A DNA stretch of 37,674 nt, taken from the NCBI GenBank assembly GCA_002382525.1, contig DFYA01000056.1:1-37674 (forward strand). The letters run 5' to 3'. The translations under genes and the position numbers were made by a program. The notes beneath the pieces are model-generated. The model was not told the DNA's origin. It worked only from the letters and a program-made list of their open reading frames with translations, and ran no database searches. Origin of the DNA: Opitutaceae bacterium UBA4094. Lineage in GTDB: Bacteria > Verrucomicrobiota > Verrucomicrobiia > Opitutales > Opitutaceae. Of the stretch, positions 10,001-18,789 are shown one piece after another (the stretch's first letter is position 1; each line of letters begins with the position of its first letter).

Positions 10001-10558
10001 CAGGTAAAACGGCCCGTTGATTCCATCGATGCGCAGGTCGAATCCTTTGAGCTCGGGCTTCGTATCCTTTTCATCAATACGAGCTCCAAAGAACGCGTCA
10101 TTGAGCGTGAAGCGGAGGACGCGCCAGTCCTTCGTTATGCCATACTGGCTCCCGATGACCCGCGCGCCGTCCGTGGTGTCGCCCTTCACTCGGACGCTGC
10201 CCAGGCCGGGATTGTGGTAGGTGACTTCCACATCGATCGCGGGACGCCCGCCTTTCTGAAAACGAGGATCGGTGACGCTAAAAAAGAATGAGCGAATCCA
10301 CCGCATCGAGGGTTCTACGCTGTTTTCAGCGACCCAGGCAGCGTGTTTTTTCCCATTCAACTCCACCTGCACCGGCTTCACCGCCGCGCGGTCAAAGGTC
10401 AGCCCCCGCTCCACCGGCTGCTCTTGATCGAAGAGCACCTCGATCACATCCGCCCCTGGCGGCAGCGAGGCGTCCAGGGCGGGATCGGCGACGGCCAGCG
10501 TCACCGGCATCAACACCAGCAGGCAAAAACGAACGATATTTTCAGGTAACATGAGCAT
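7100..10558 (-). CDS. Secreted clan GH-A glycoside hydrolase (GH39-like) with several accessory beta-sandwich domains
   Basis: Signal peptide; acid/base motif YYEMGNEPDL, DAIGYHGH, nucleophile motif IPFIETESG; later AFIDAES..GDWYMAWYLNG..LKPGRNVLAV (galactose-binding-like) and DLSGAVWLRDDGETLVLLVAVTDDQH (CBM9/DOMON-like). Confidence 0.75.
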   Translation of the reverse strand: MLMLPENIVRFCLLVLMPVTLAVADPALDASLPPGADVIEVLFDQEQPVERGLTFDRAAVKPVQVELNGKKHAAWVAENSVEPSMRWIRSFFFSVTDPRFQKGGRPAIDVEVTYHNPGLGSVRVKGDTTDGARVIGSQYGITKDWRVLRFTLNDAFFGARIDEKDTKPELKGFDLRIDGINGPFYLKRVRLIGYNPTEDVLWSRMLNVSAVSAPTPGGVLAFTQGPDHRVDVRLNNVARVDRPLHYRLQITGRDDQVRHRVDAKTVIAASGTTELPFTINTSDWPLGPYEGRLELFLGQSRARPIYTRSFRLGVISKGEIAKARPGEFLYGLDAANTTIYPILTPTGFAYYRLMGVDILRNPYNKGMKETVDDLGTALSLLADEHVQTAVMVDPPKDLDAGKRAAQLKTKLVFIEEAARRFTGMGPGKLRYYEMGNEPDLTHFYPAEIPTYIESYHAMYDAVKRGARAAGFSDNDTVVMNGGLSFAGPNGVRRSEEFVAKVDATKLDAIGYHGHGAGIEAERAAYERLHRVASKYGKAEIPFIETESGFSGVDRIGQSEQARTVVEKMTYAQSKGAPLFMFFRLFMEGAGIEGGYSMTDHFAEPRASVLSYRNMVERLRHHRFEREIDFAQSAGAEGVIAYLFVEQDAQGVATGRKTLVAFCEKPVSYELRFGLDEAGATVNAASAYDLFGNALPVATNQGVAAFTVGIDPMFVTWTSSGAASVARVMPPLITVNGAEPLLVGATTRVPVTVRNPQQDQPVDVELTFEANSRLSAKVEPAAKKLTIPAGGSVDAPVAVTTGKAEHPLGLPQWWTVFTDVDTAALTPTQLSAIPERLPGKADGAAVKGVGTAAPGGRLNFGRLAGGFGENRSGVAYAFIDAESAVEIEAGATGDWYMAWYLNGKKVQDTLTLGNGQHGTIALHPFKLALKPGRNVLAVIVTSGRGGWDVLYGGPKELRIARQAGDDPDNLTVVMKSADGRVLSRQKTALTVRGALPKLGGATTIEQWLQLEPLAVLGSDAVTNFWMKEPDSSRWYKGEKDLSGAVWLRDDGETLVLLVAVTDDQHTAGDSVQVAVADEAGKPLFTAAGADLKSVRQEADSRTLYQISFPKTVVAGGPFKLSVQVNDDDAGYAKQVLKLGDIAEPAQGERLITR

Positions 10559-10582
10559 GATAAAAGGAGTGTGGGCGCAGGC

Positions 10583-11305
10583 TCAGTGCGCGGCGGCGAT
10601 TTCATCGGCGACCACTTCGGCGATGCTCCGATAGGTGCGCTCCATGGCCCCGCCATCGCCGGGCGCTTCATAGGCAAAAATCAACAGGCGGGTGTTCGGC
10701 GCGACTTGCGTCACAAACGTCGGCAACACCTCCCAGTTTTCCGGACGCTGCACGGCGAGTTTCATCCAAACGCGCGCCCGCGAACCACTCAACGCGACAA
10801 GCCGCGACTGGAACGCGGGCACCTGCTCCAGCCCGCCGCCGCTGTTCACCGCAAGCGTGCTCCGGAAAAAGTTAAACAAACGCGCATGCCCGACCGGAAA
10901 TCCCTCGCTGCCGTCGTCGAACGCCTGCGCCGTGAACACCAGGTCCCCGGCGGTGCGTCCGTTCGCGACCAGCACGACCAGCGCTTTCTCCCACGCCGGT
11001 GAACACTCGACCGTGGCGATCGGCACGCGTTGCACCTTGCCCTCGGCATCGGCGACTTCCCGGAAAAAGACCAGCGGTGTCCTGGCCCGATAAAAAAATG
11101 GATCGCCCCGGCCGCTGGACGGCACGGCCACCTCCAGCACGCGCGTGCCGTCGGCGATCTTCACTGTCGGCGGCAACTCGCCGAGTCCCACCAGCGAAAT
11201 CTCCAGGCCCGCAGGCGACTCCGCCGGCAGCGGCTGGCTGATCGCGACACCCAACGACAGGCAGCCCAGACACACTAAAAACGGGATTCTAGAAAGCGGG
11301 GTCAT
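10583..11305 (-). CDS. Secreted hypothetical protein (240 aa) directly downstream of the giant PilX-like pilin
   Basis: Real start judged to be ATG 11305 (MTPLSRIPFLVCLGCLSLGVAISQ signal peptide), 20 nt after the upstream stop; motif FDDGSEGFPVGHARLFNF; the longer 12034 start overlaps the upstream gene. Confidence 0.75.
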   Translation of the reverse strand: MTPLSRIPFLVCLGCLSLGVAISQPLPAESPAGLEISLVGLGELPPTVKIADGTRVLEVAVPSSGRGDPFFYRARTPLVFFREVADAEGKVQRVPIATVECSPAWEKALVVLVANGRTAGDLVFTAQAFDDGSEGFPVGHARLFNFFRSTLAVNSGGGLEQVPAFQSRLVALSGSRARVWMKLAVQRPENWEVLPTFVTQVAPNTRLLIFAYEAPGDGGAMERTYRSIAEVVADEIAAAH

Positions 11306-11325
11306 GGCGGTGGCGATTTCAGGTG

Positions 11326-14300
11326 TTAGAGATCGGCGGGCGACAGCCAGCGGAAGGAAACGACGCGGTAACGACGCCCGAAGTCGCGATTGGTTGGATT
11401 GAGCGAAGCGGTCGCGGTTTCGGGGGCCTGCGCCGGATCGACGAACTCCGGCAGGCGTTGCACCACCGCTTCGCACCACGCACGGCCATCCACCTCGCCG
11501 GTCACCGGATTCGTCGCGTCGCCGTAGGTGCGCACCACAAACGTGTCCGAACGCGCGGAGAGCACCGGGCCGATTTTTTGCAGCACGTCGGCCTGCGTGA
11601 GAAACCCCGGCGCGCCATACGAGAGTTGCCCAAGCAGGCCGCCGTTTAGCAGTTCGATCTGCGAGGGGTAGCTGGGCAGATTGCGAAAGCCGATCGAGTT
11701 GGGCGAGCCGTTGCGGAACACTTTGGCGGATCCGCCCGTGTAGTCGAAATTGATCGACGCCATCGCCGGTTGGTTGAGCGCGGCGTTCAACCCCTGGCTC
11801 ACGTCGCGCAGATTCAAGATCGCCTTCTGCAGCGCGCCGAGCACGCCGGTCTTGAGACGGTGTTTCTCCAGGTCGTCGGTCACCGCCAGCGAGTCGTCCG
11901 CCGTCGCCGTGATCAGGCGGCGGTTCACGAAATCCGCCAGCGACATGAACGGCCCGCGCACCTTGACCTCCTCCACGAGGTTGCGCGCCAGCGTGTCGAT
12001 CTCCGCATCCGTGAGATAACGGTGCCCCGTCCACGCCGCGCGACTGAGCGTGCCGTTGGTGTTGCCCGCACCGAACGCGGAGTCCGTCTGGTCAAAGGCC
12101 TCGCCGCGCGGCAGCAGGAAACGCGAATAATTGTGCCGCAATCCGCGGCTCGCAGGATTCGCCGTGGCACCGGGCGGCACGGCGCCGTCCTGCGACCAGC
12201 CGGCCGTCGGCACGGTCAGATCCGCCAGGCCGCCAAGCAGCGCCCGCCATGCGTCGACCGAGGTCGAGTTGATGTTGAACGCGCCTTCGAGCAGCAGCGA
12301 TCCGGCCGCCGCGCGCGTGTGGCGCACGTCATCAAAATCCGGATACCCGCTCTGCCCCGGAATCATGCCGGGCACGGGGCGCAGGCGCACGTTGGGCAAC
12401 ACCACGCCGGCATCGAAAGGCGCGTCCGCCGTGTGCTGCGGAATCGTCGAGAGAAAGAACCGGTCCCAGAGCGCGTGATTCGCCAGGTAGGACGCATCGC
12501 GCAACAGGTGGTCGTTGCCCGCGAACACCGCCTGTTGCGCGTGCGGAGCGGGGAAACCGCTCCACTTTCCGGCCACGGATTCTCGACCGAGGCGCGGGTC
12601 GGGCCAGGAGTTGCCAAACACATAGGTGGGCTGAAGCGCGTTGGAACTCAGGTCGGCGTGCTGGAACTCGCCCAGCGAAACCAGCGCGGGCCGTCCCGCG
12701 TTGCCCGTCACGGCGGTTTCCGCACGCGGATAATCGAAGAGGATATAAAGATTACCCTGATTGGTTCCGCCCGCGCCGAGCCGGGCGACTTCCGACGGAC
12801 CGCCGAACGCCAGATCGCGGTCCGCCCCCACCTCCAACGGCATCTGCGCGAGCGAACTGGCGCGGAAACTCGCAAAGAAGGGATCGCCCGCGAGGCTTTC
12901 GTTCGACCGCTCGAAACTCGTGTTCACGCCGAACGCGCCACGCGCGTTGAACTGTGCGAAAGGCACCGCGGGCGCGTTGGTCGCGGTGCCGGCGGACACG
13001 TTGCCTGCGGTGCTGTAGGGCAGACGCATCGCGGCCACGTTGGTGCGATACGCGCTTGAATCGGTCGGCGGGACATTGCGCAGCGTATATGCCGCATTGC
13101 CGCTACCCTTGGGGTATTGGTTGTCGCCTTCGTTGAACGGATGCTCGATCCGCTGCAGGACGACGCCCGACGCATGATCCGCCTCGCGATAGAGTCGCGC
13201 ACGAAAACGAAACGGCGAGGGCACGCCGCGTCCCATGTGGAGGCGGATGCTCTCACCCGGCGCCAGTGGCGTGGAGTCGAGCGTCAATCCCGTGTTAACT
13301 GTGATAAACGACTTGTCGTTCCACTGCGACTCCATGACCGGGAAGGTTGACGCCGCCGCGCTGGGCAACGCGGCCGGCTCCGTCGAGGGCACCGAGCCGT
13401 TGCCCTTGAGGCTGAACACCAGCGCCTCGCCGGGCGCGAGTCGCACCGCGGGGATCCTCATGCGGAAAACCGCCGGGTATCCCAATCCCATGGAGCCAAG
13501 CGAAACGCCGCCGTAGTTGTAGCCGCTCGCACCGCCCGTGGAGCTTTGCGTCAGGTATTCTCGCACAACGGTGCCGGCGGCGTTGATGCCGTCCGCCATG
13601 AAGCGAAAATCGAAGTTCTCATCGATCTCCAGCACGAGATCCTCGGGGCCGATGGTGACGTTGTGCGGATTCCACAACGTGATGCTCGGATGCACGACCA
13701 ACGTCAGCGGCATGCCCGGACCGTCGCTCATCGTCGCCAGCGCGATCTGGTAGCGCGTGATGACGGGAAACACGCCTTGCCCCGTGATGACATTGCCCGA
13801 CGTGGTCTCGGGTTGAATCGTCGCAGTCGCCGCGAAGCCGCCGCCCGTCAGTGCGCGACCGGTGTCATACCAGCTCTTCAACAAGGCAAACGCCGGCTGG
13901 CGCGCACCGGTGAGCGCGGCGTCGGCGTAGATCGAATCGTTCGTATTGAACGCGCCGTCGGTGTTTCCCGTTTCAAGATAGCGAGTGAGGTCGAGCCGCA
14001 GTCCGCCACGCACGGTGTCGGCCAGCACGCCTCGCGAAAAGGTCGTGAAGTCGCTTGAGGCGCGTCGCATTTGAGTCTCCGGGATGACACCAGCCATCAG
14101 TCCGAACTGCTGCGGATGGAGCACCTGTCGAAGATGGGCGCGTAACGCTTCGCCCGCTGCATCCGTCGCAAACACTTCGTCGAACCGGGGAAACTGTCGC
14201 GTGGCCGTGCCCGCCTGCGCCAACTCGCCACCCGAGCGCGCGGGAGCCATCGCTTTCCAATAATAGTAGTTCGCGTTGGCGGACGCCGGCGTGGGCGGCT

Positions 14301-15030
14301 TCGCTTTTGCCGCCAAGGTTTCGGGTCCGACCTGCGACAGCCGCGCTTTTACACCTTCGTCTCCCACCCACCAGGCATAGTGGCCAATCGTTCGCTCGTC
14401 CGTCATTCCCGGCACTTCGCTGCTCTTGATTGGAACCACCGGCACCTCTACGCGCGGGTTGGCAAGATCGGCCGAGCCATCCGCCGCAACGCCCGCGACG
14501 AGCATCTGTTTTGGCGTCGTAGCGCTCGTGGCCGGCAAGGCATCCTTCGGCGTGTATTTGCGTGGCGCGGTGACGTCTTCGTTGCCGCTCACCAACCAAG
14601 TCATCGGCTCCGGGCGCGTGCGTGCACGTGGAGCCCCATCATAAGCGCCCGTGAGCGGATTCCACTTCGAGCTGTCCCAGACGCCGGTCCATAACGCGTT
14701 GTCGATATCCGTCACCACGGGCTCGCCTGCGGCGTTGCGCGTGAGTTGGTCGTCCACCGTCGTGATGTCGGCGCGCGCGGTCACGCGTTGATCGGGGCCG
14801 GAATATTTTTGCAGCTGGCCGAGGGCGACGTTGAGCGCGAAGAGCGCGTTTTCACGTGCGTGCGAAAGCGTCTGGTTGTTCGACGCGACTTGGGTTTCGA
14901 CGCGCGTCAGCGACGCGAGGCTCACGAGCAACAACACCAGGAACGCCAGCAGCGTGATCGTGATAAGCAGCGCAAAGCCCCCGCGTCGCCGGAGCGCGTT
15001 GCGGATGGGAACTGAAGACAGACCGAGCAT
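11326..15030 (-). CDS. Large PilX/GspK-class pilin-like protein (Verru_Chthon cassette A-like), about 1234 aa
   Basis: Class III signal RRRGG|FALLITITLLAFLVLLLVSLA lacking Glu5; ARENALFALNVALGQLQKYSGPDQRVTARAD, YAWWVGDEGVKARL, GAFNINSTSVDAW, RGPFMSLADFVNR, SARSDTFVVRTYGDA...FGRRYRVVSFRWL. Confidence 0.85.
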   Translation of the reverse strand: MLGLSSVPIRNALRRRGGFALLITITLLAFLVLLLVSLASLTRVETQVASNNQTLSHARENALFALNVALGQLQKYSGPDQRVTARADITTVDDQLTRNAAGEPVVTDIDNALWTGVWDSSKWNPLTGAYDGAPRARTRPEPMTWLVSGNEDVTAPRKYTPKDALPATSATTPKQMLVAGVAADGSADLANPRVEVPVVPIKSSEVPGMTDERTIGHYAWWVGDEGVKARLSQVGPETLAAKAKPPTPASANANYYYWKAMAPARSGGELAQAGTATRQFPRFDEVFATDAAGEALRAHLRQVLHPQQFGLMAGVIPETQMRRASSDFTTFSRGVLADTVRGGLRLDLTRYLETGNTDGAFNTNDSIYADAALTGARQPAFALLKSWYDTGRALTGGGFAATATIQPETTSGNVITGQGVFPVITRYQIALATMSDGPGMPLTLVVHPSITLWNPHNVTIGPEDLVLEIDENFDFRFMADGINAAGTVVREYLTQSSTGGASGYNYGGVSLGSMGLGYPAVFRMRIPAVRLAPGEALVFSLKGNGSVPSTEPAALPSAAASTFPVMESQWNDKSFITVNTGLTLDSTPLAPGESIRLHMGRGVPSPFRFRARLYREADHASGVVLQRIEHPFNEGDNQYPKGSGNAAYTLRNVPPTDSSAYRTNVAAMRLPYSTAGNVSAGTATNAPAVPFAQFNARGAFGVNTSFERSNESLAGDPFFASFRASSLAQMPLEVGADRDLAFGGPSEVARLGAGGTNQGNLYILFDYPRAETAVTGNAGRPALVSLGEFQHADLSSNALQPTYVFGNSWPDPRLGRESVAGKWSGFPAPHAQQAVFAGNDHLLRDASYLANHALWDRFFLSTIPQHTADAPFDAGVVLPNVRLRPVPGMIPGQSGYPDFDDVRHTRAAAGSLLLEGAFNINSTSVDAWRALLGGLADLTVPTAGWSQDGAVPPGATANPASRGLRHNYSRFLLPRGEAFDQTDSAFGAGNTNGTLSRAAWTGHRYLTDAEIDTLARNLVEEVKVRGPFMSLADFVNRRLITATADDSLAVTDDLEKHRLKTGVLGALQKAILNLRDVSQGLNAALNQPAMASINFDYTGGSAKVFRNGSPNSIGFRNLPSYPSQIELLNGGLLGQLSYGAPGFLTQADVLQKIGPVLSARSDTFVVRTYGDATNPVTGEVDGRAWCEAVVQRLPEFVDPAQAPETATASLNPTNRDFGRRYRVVSFRWLSPADL

Positions 15031-15086
15031 TGGGGGTAAGGGGTGAAGAGCCGGCACCGGGCGGCGCGCCGCCGTCGGCGCCGGGG

Positions 15087-16238
15087 TCAGTTCGTCGGTT
15101 GATAATCGATCAGAAAGGGGACGTCGGCGCCGCGCAGGGGCGAGCCAAGCGCGCTCGCATCGGTCGAGACATGGGCGCAGCCGGTCGTGCCTTGCCACGA
15201 GAGCTCATGCAGGTTCGGCGAGCCGATTCCCCAGCTGTAGCCGCGCATGAACAGGAAGTCCTTGGGCGTCGCGGTGACTTCGTCGGTCAGCCCGATGATC
15301 AACACATAACTCGCGCCCTCCGTCAGCGAGCCGCCCTCGAATGAAAGTTCCACCGGCTCGAATCGCGAGGCGTCGGTCAACGTCACGGCCGCGGAGGCTT
15401 CCGCCACGGTCTTGAAGCCCACGGGCGTCACGATCTCCGCGAATACATTGACCTCTTTTCCGGCCAGTGCGCCTTGCGGACGTAAGGCCAGGCGCAGGTG
15501 CTGCGGCACGGCCTTCGCGGCGCCGCCGGATGTCGTGAAGCGGAACGTCTGCATCACATATTGCGCGCCCGCCGGGCCGCGCCTGAGTGGTAACTCCACC
15601 GTGCCGGTGTAGCCCCAGCCCTGCGGCTCCCCGCCGATCACAATCTCGTGCGCGGCGATGGCCGATTTGATCAAGGTCCACCCGCCACCGCCGTCCTTCG
15701 ATTCGAGCACCGCGGCCAGCGGATCGGTCCGCCGCATGTCCAGCGAATCGACCGGCACCACCGACTGGCCGAGCAGCGCATACTCCAGGCCGAAGATTCG
15801 CGTCGTCGCGTCGGCCAGCGGCGCGGCGATCACCAAATGATAGACCGAACCGCCGCGCACCGGCGTGCCAGGTGAAAACCGCACGGTGCGCACGCGCGCT
15901 CCGCCGTCGTTAAAAATCGTTTCGTTCGCAGGAGCGAGCACCTTGCCCGGCTTGCCATTTTCATCGGCGTGCAAGGCCACGACAAAGGCATCGTTCTGCT
16001 TCGAGGCGTAGCCGCCGCCCGGGTTCGCGCCAAAGCTGAACGACGACAACTCCCCCGACCGCGCGGCCGTGAACCGCACCGAGGCGCGCATCTGCGGCGA
16101 GGTCAGCTTAAGCGATCCGGCGCCCGCCGCGGTAAGTCCGGCGGTGCCCGGGCCAAACGTTTCAAAGACCGCCGCACTCGACGGCGACGCGAGCGCCACG
16201 CTCAAAAGGGTAAGAAAGAAAATGCTCCGGGGTTTCAT
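15087..16238 (-). CDS. Secreted hypothetical protein with two tandem beta-sandwich repeats
   Basis: Signal peptide MKPRSIFFLTLLSVALASPSSA from ATG 16238; repeat 1 ASVRFTAARSG...ALHADENGKPGKVL...VRGGSVYHLVI; repeat 2 MQTFRFTTSGG...LTEGASYVLII. Confidence 0.75.
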   Translation of the reverse strand: MKPRSIFFLTLLSVALASPSSAAVFETFGPGTAGLTAAGAGSLKLTSPQMRASVRFTAARSGELSSFSFGANPGGGYASKQNDAFVVALHADENGKPGKVLAPANETIFNDGGARVRTVRFSPGTPVRGGSVYHLVIAAPLADATTRIFGLEYALLGQSVVPVDSLDMRRTDPLAAVLESKDGGGGWTLIKSAIAAHEIVIGGEPQGWGYTGTVELPLRRGPAGAQYVMQTFRFTTSGGAAKAVPQHLRLALRPQGALAGKEVNVFAEIVTPVGFKTVAEASAAVTLTDASRFEPVELSFEGGSLTEGASYVLIIGLTDEVTATPKDFLFMRGYSWGIGSPNLHELSWQGTTGCAHVSTDASALGSPLRGADVPFLIDYQPTN

Positions 16239-16243
16239 AAAAA

Positions 16244-17977
16244 TCACTTCGCGAAACTAACGTGGAAATCACACGCCACCGGGAATCGAAGCCCGAGGGA
16301 CAACGTTGCGCAGGTCTCGGCCATTCGAGACGGGATCGCCGATGGGTGAATCACCGGCAATCGATGCGCGGCGACCGGTAATCCGCTGATCGTGACCGAC
16401 GATCCGTCCGGCGCCTCAAGGCTGACCGGTGAGCCGCCGCCCAAGGTGATCGTCTCTCCGGCCGCAAGCAGGCGGGGAGAGCTTCCCGGCTGGTGCAACG
16501 TCACTCCAGCCCTCACGCGCCAGTGCAGGGATCCGATGAGCGATCTCGGCGTGGCGCTGTTCAGCGAGAGCGAAACGCCGGAGCGGCACACCTCCGCCTC
16601 GATGCGTGTTCGCCAGTCCCACCGCACGAAAACGCGCGGCGAGCCCGGCGTGAAGTGCAGCGTGTGCTCCCAACCCGGTTGATCCGCCTCGAGTTCGTAG
16701 CGCCCGGCGTCAACCCGTCGCACCACGCCGGGCTGCACGTTCTGCATGCCCGCCGCCGAGACTATCAGGGACTCGATCACCACGCCCCCATGATGCAGGT
16801 GAAACCAGTCGTCGCTTCGCCGCGCCCCGCCCCAGCGATCCCGCACGAGGTCGAAAAAGTGTCCGCCTTTATCCGCCGAGAGGCTGACAAGGGTGCGCGG
16901 ACTGCGCACCCGCACCTGCTGCGTTTCCTCGCAGAAAACCTCATAGCGGTCCGGCAGCACCATCGCCGTCGGCAACGGTTCGGGATGCGCGTCCAGTTGC
17001 AAGAGCAGCGGCACGAGTTCGCCATCCGGGTTCGCCCCGCGAGCCCAAGCGGCGTCCGCCAACGTCGTGAACCGTCCGTCTCCGGTCAGTTGCGCGAGGC
17101 GACGCGCGACACCATAGGCCATGGCGAGCGTTCCCGCCTGCGCCCGATCCTGCCGGTGGCTGATCGTGGAGTCCATTTCGCCATTGGGTTGAAGACTGTG
17201 GAGAACGAACTCGCCGTGACGCACCAACGCCGGAAGAAAGTTCTCCGTCCGGCCAAGCGTGTCGATGAGCGCGAGCACGCCTTGGCAGGCCACGTTGTTG
17301 TAGTTCGGGCTGCGCTCGTGCTCCCAACATCCATCGGCATTTACGTCCAAACCTTCAGCAAGCAACGTCTCGATTTTTTCGACGTAGCGAGTGTCCGGTC
17401 GCAACAGGTGCAATGCCGCAAGTGGCGCGCATACCGCGGCCCAACGATGATTGGCCGTCAGGGCCGAACCCGCGAGGAGGGCCTCGCCGCCGCGCCTGCA
17501 CACGTCGAGCAACTCGCCGCGAAAACCGGGCGACGGTTCAATGCCCGTTGCTTCAAACCGGGCCAGTGCAAGCGCGAGCCCCGTGACCGGAAACCCGATC
17601 TCGTTGGACGAGTAACTGCCATGCAAATCAAGCGTGCCGTCGTCCGCCTGACGGCGCCGGATAAAACCGAGCGTGCGCGTGCAGGCCGCATCGAGCGCGC
17701 CAACATCGGCGCCGAGTTCGCGGGCCCACAGGCGCGCGGCCATAAGTCGTGCCAGCGTGTAGGCGGCGTGGCGCCCGCAATACCAGGCGTTTGTCTCGTC
17801 GTGCGGAAACCCGCCGTCGTTGGCCGAGCCATCGCGGCACTGCTCGGCGAGGATCCGAGGCAACCATGCCCGCCACACCGCGGCCACCCGAACCCGTTCG
17901 GCCAGCGATGCCGCGACTGGTTTGCGCGCGAGGGACGGAGTCGGAAGGCTCAAGGAGGATGTGATCGGAAGAGACAC
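16244..17977 (-). CDS. Hypothetical protein, probable (alpha/alpha) toroid plus beta domain (heparinase II/III-like architecture)
   Basis: GTG start; helical N-half with TANHRW, GCWEHERSPNYN, QPNGEMDSTISHRQD; beta-rich C-half; no signal peptide; fits the operon with short gaps. Confidence 0.7.
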   Translation of the reverse strand: MSLPITSSLSLPTPSLARKPVAASLAERVRVAAVWRAWLPRILAEQCRDGSANDGGFPHDETNAWYCGRHAAYTLARLMAARLWARELGADVGALDAACTRTLGFIRRRQADDGTLDLHGSYSSNEIGFPVTGLALALARFEATGIEPSPGFRGELLDVCRRGGEALLAGSALTANHRWAAVCAPLAALHLLRPDTRYVEKIETLLAEGLDVNADGCWEHERSPNYNNVACQGVLALIDTLGRTENFLPALVRHGEFVLHSLQPNGEMDSTISHRQDRAQAGTLAMAYGVARRLAQLTGDGRFTTLADAAWARGANPDGELVPLLLQLDAHPEPLPTAMVLPDRYEVFCEETQQVRVRSPRTLVSLSADKGGHFFDLVRDRWGGARRSDDWFHLHHGGVVIESLIVSAAGMQNVQPGVVRRVDAGRYELEADQPGWEHTLHFTPGSPRVFVRWDWRTRIEAEVCRSGVSLSLNSATPRSLIGSLHWRVRAGVTLHQPGSSPRLLAAGETITLGGGSPVSLEAPDGSSVTISGLPVAAHRLPVIHPSAIPSRMAETCATLSLGLRFPVACDFHVSFAK

Positions 17978-18004
17978 GAGAAAAAGAGAGCTGCACCGTC
18001 GGCG

Positions 18005-18742
18005 TCAGAGTCCGCGCCACAAATTACCGGTGCTGAGGTCGGAGTCGTCGTAAGTTTCGGACGGAAGATGAGCGGCGACATGACCGTCAAAAAAGAGGAA
18101 GTGCGCGCGCCCGCCGTGACTGAGACGCAGCGCCCCGGGCGCGTTTGTCGTGAGGGGATCGTCGGTGTCGAGGGCCGTGCGCACATACGGCGGAGACACC
18201 GCCCAGTTGGTGTCGCGATTGCCGCCCGAATTCTGCCCCCAGCGTTCTGAGATCATGATCGTGCGAGCAGGTTGAGGAATCTGATTTAGGAACGGACCGT
18301 TCTGCAGATACGGCATGCCGCTGACGATCGGGACAGCGGTCCATCCATAGCTCGCCCCGATCGCCTGCACATCACCGCCGGCCTGCGGGGCGAGCCGACA
18401 CGAGGCCGGCGTGCCCTTGAGCCTCATCTTCTCCGTGGTGTTCAACCCCTCCGGGAAGGTCACCCCCAAGTAGGGAGCGATCTGAATATACCAATGACCA
18501 TTTCCGCCGTTCGCCCCGCTGTCCCCGATCGGAGCCTTCCCTTTGTGCTCGCCGGCGAACAAGGCGGTGGCCGCGCCAATCTGCCGCAACGCCACCGTGC
18601 AACCGGCGGCGTGCGCCGTCTTGCGCATCTTCGCGACGGTGGGAATCAGGATCGCGGCGAGCACCCCGATGATCGCAATCACAGTCAGAAGCTCGACCAG
18701 CGTAAACGCGGACCGGCCGGCGAAACGAATGGGGGCGCTCAT
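18005..18742 (-). CDS. Prepilin-type N-terminal cleavage/methylation protein with C-terminal H-X9-DG motif
   Basis: RSA|FTLVELLTVIAIIGVLAAILIPTV; C.. LRQIG.A..LF; C-terminal HGGRAHFLFFDGHV. Confidence 0.95.
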   Translation of the reverse strand: MSAPIRFAGRSAFTLVELLTVIAIIGVLAAILIPTVAKMRKTAHAAGCTVALRQIGAATALFAGEHKGKAPIGDSGANGGNGHWYIQIAPYLGVTFPEGLNTTEKMRLKGTPASCRLAPQAGGDVQAIGASYGWTAVPIVSGMPYLQNGPFLNQIPQPARTIMISERWGQNSGGNRDTNWAVSPPYVRTALDTDDPLTTNAPGALRLSHGGRAHFLFFDGHVAAHLPSETYDDSDLSTGNLWRGL

Positions 18743-18789
18743 GGACGATGGGGTTCGGGGTAATCTCGAAGCACGGGGGCCGCCGCAGA

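Noticed and set aside
11306-12034. N-terminal extension of the 483-aa ORF
   Set aside because: Overlaps the conserved C-terminus of the giant pilin in another frame; a signal peptide begins at 11305.
16493-18250. 585-aa plus-strand ORF
   Set aside because: Arg/Ala-rich shadow overlapping two operon genes on the opposite strand.
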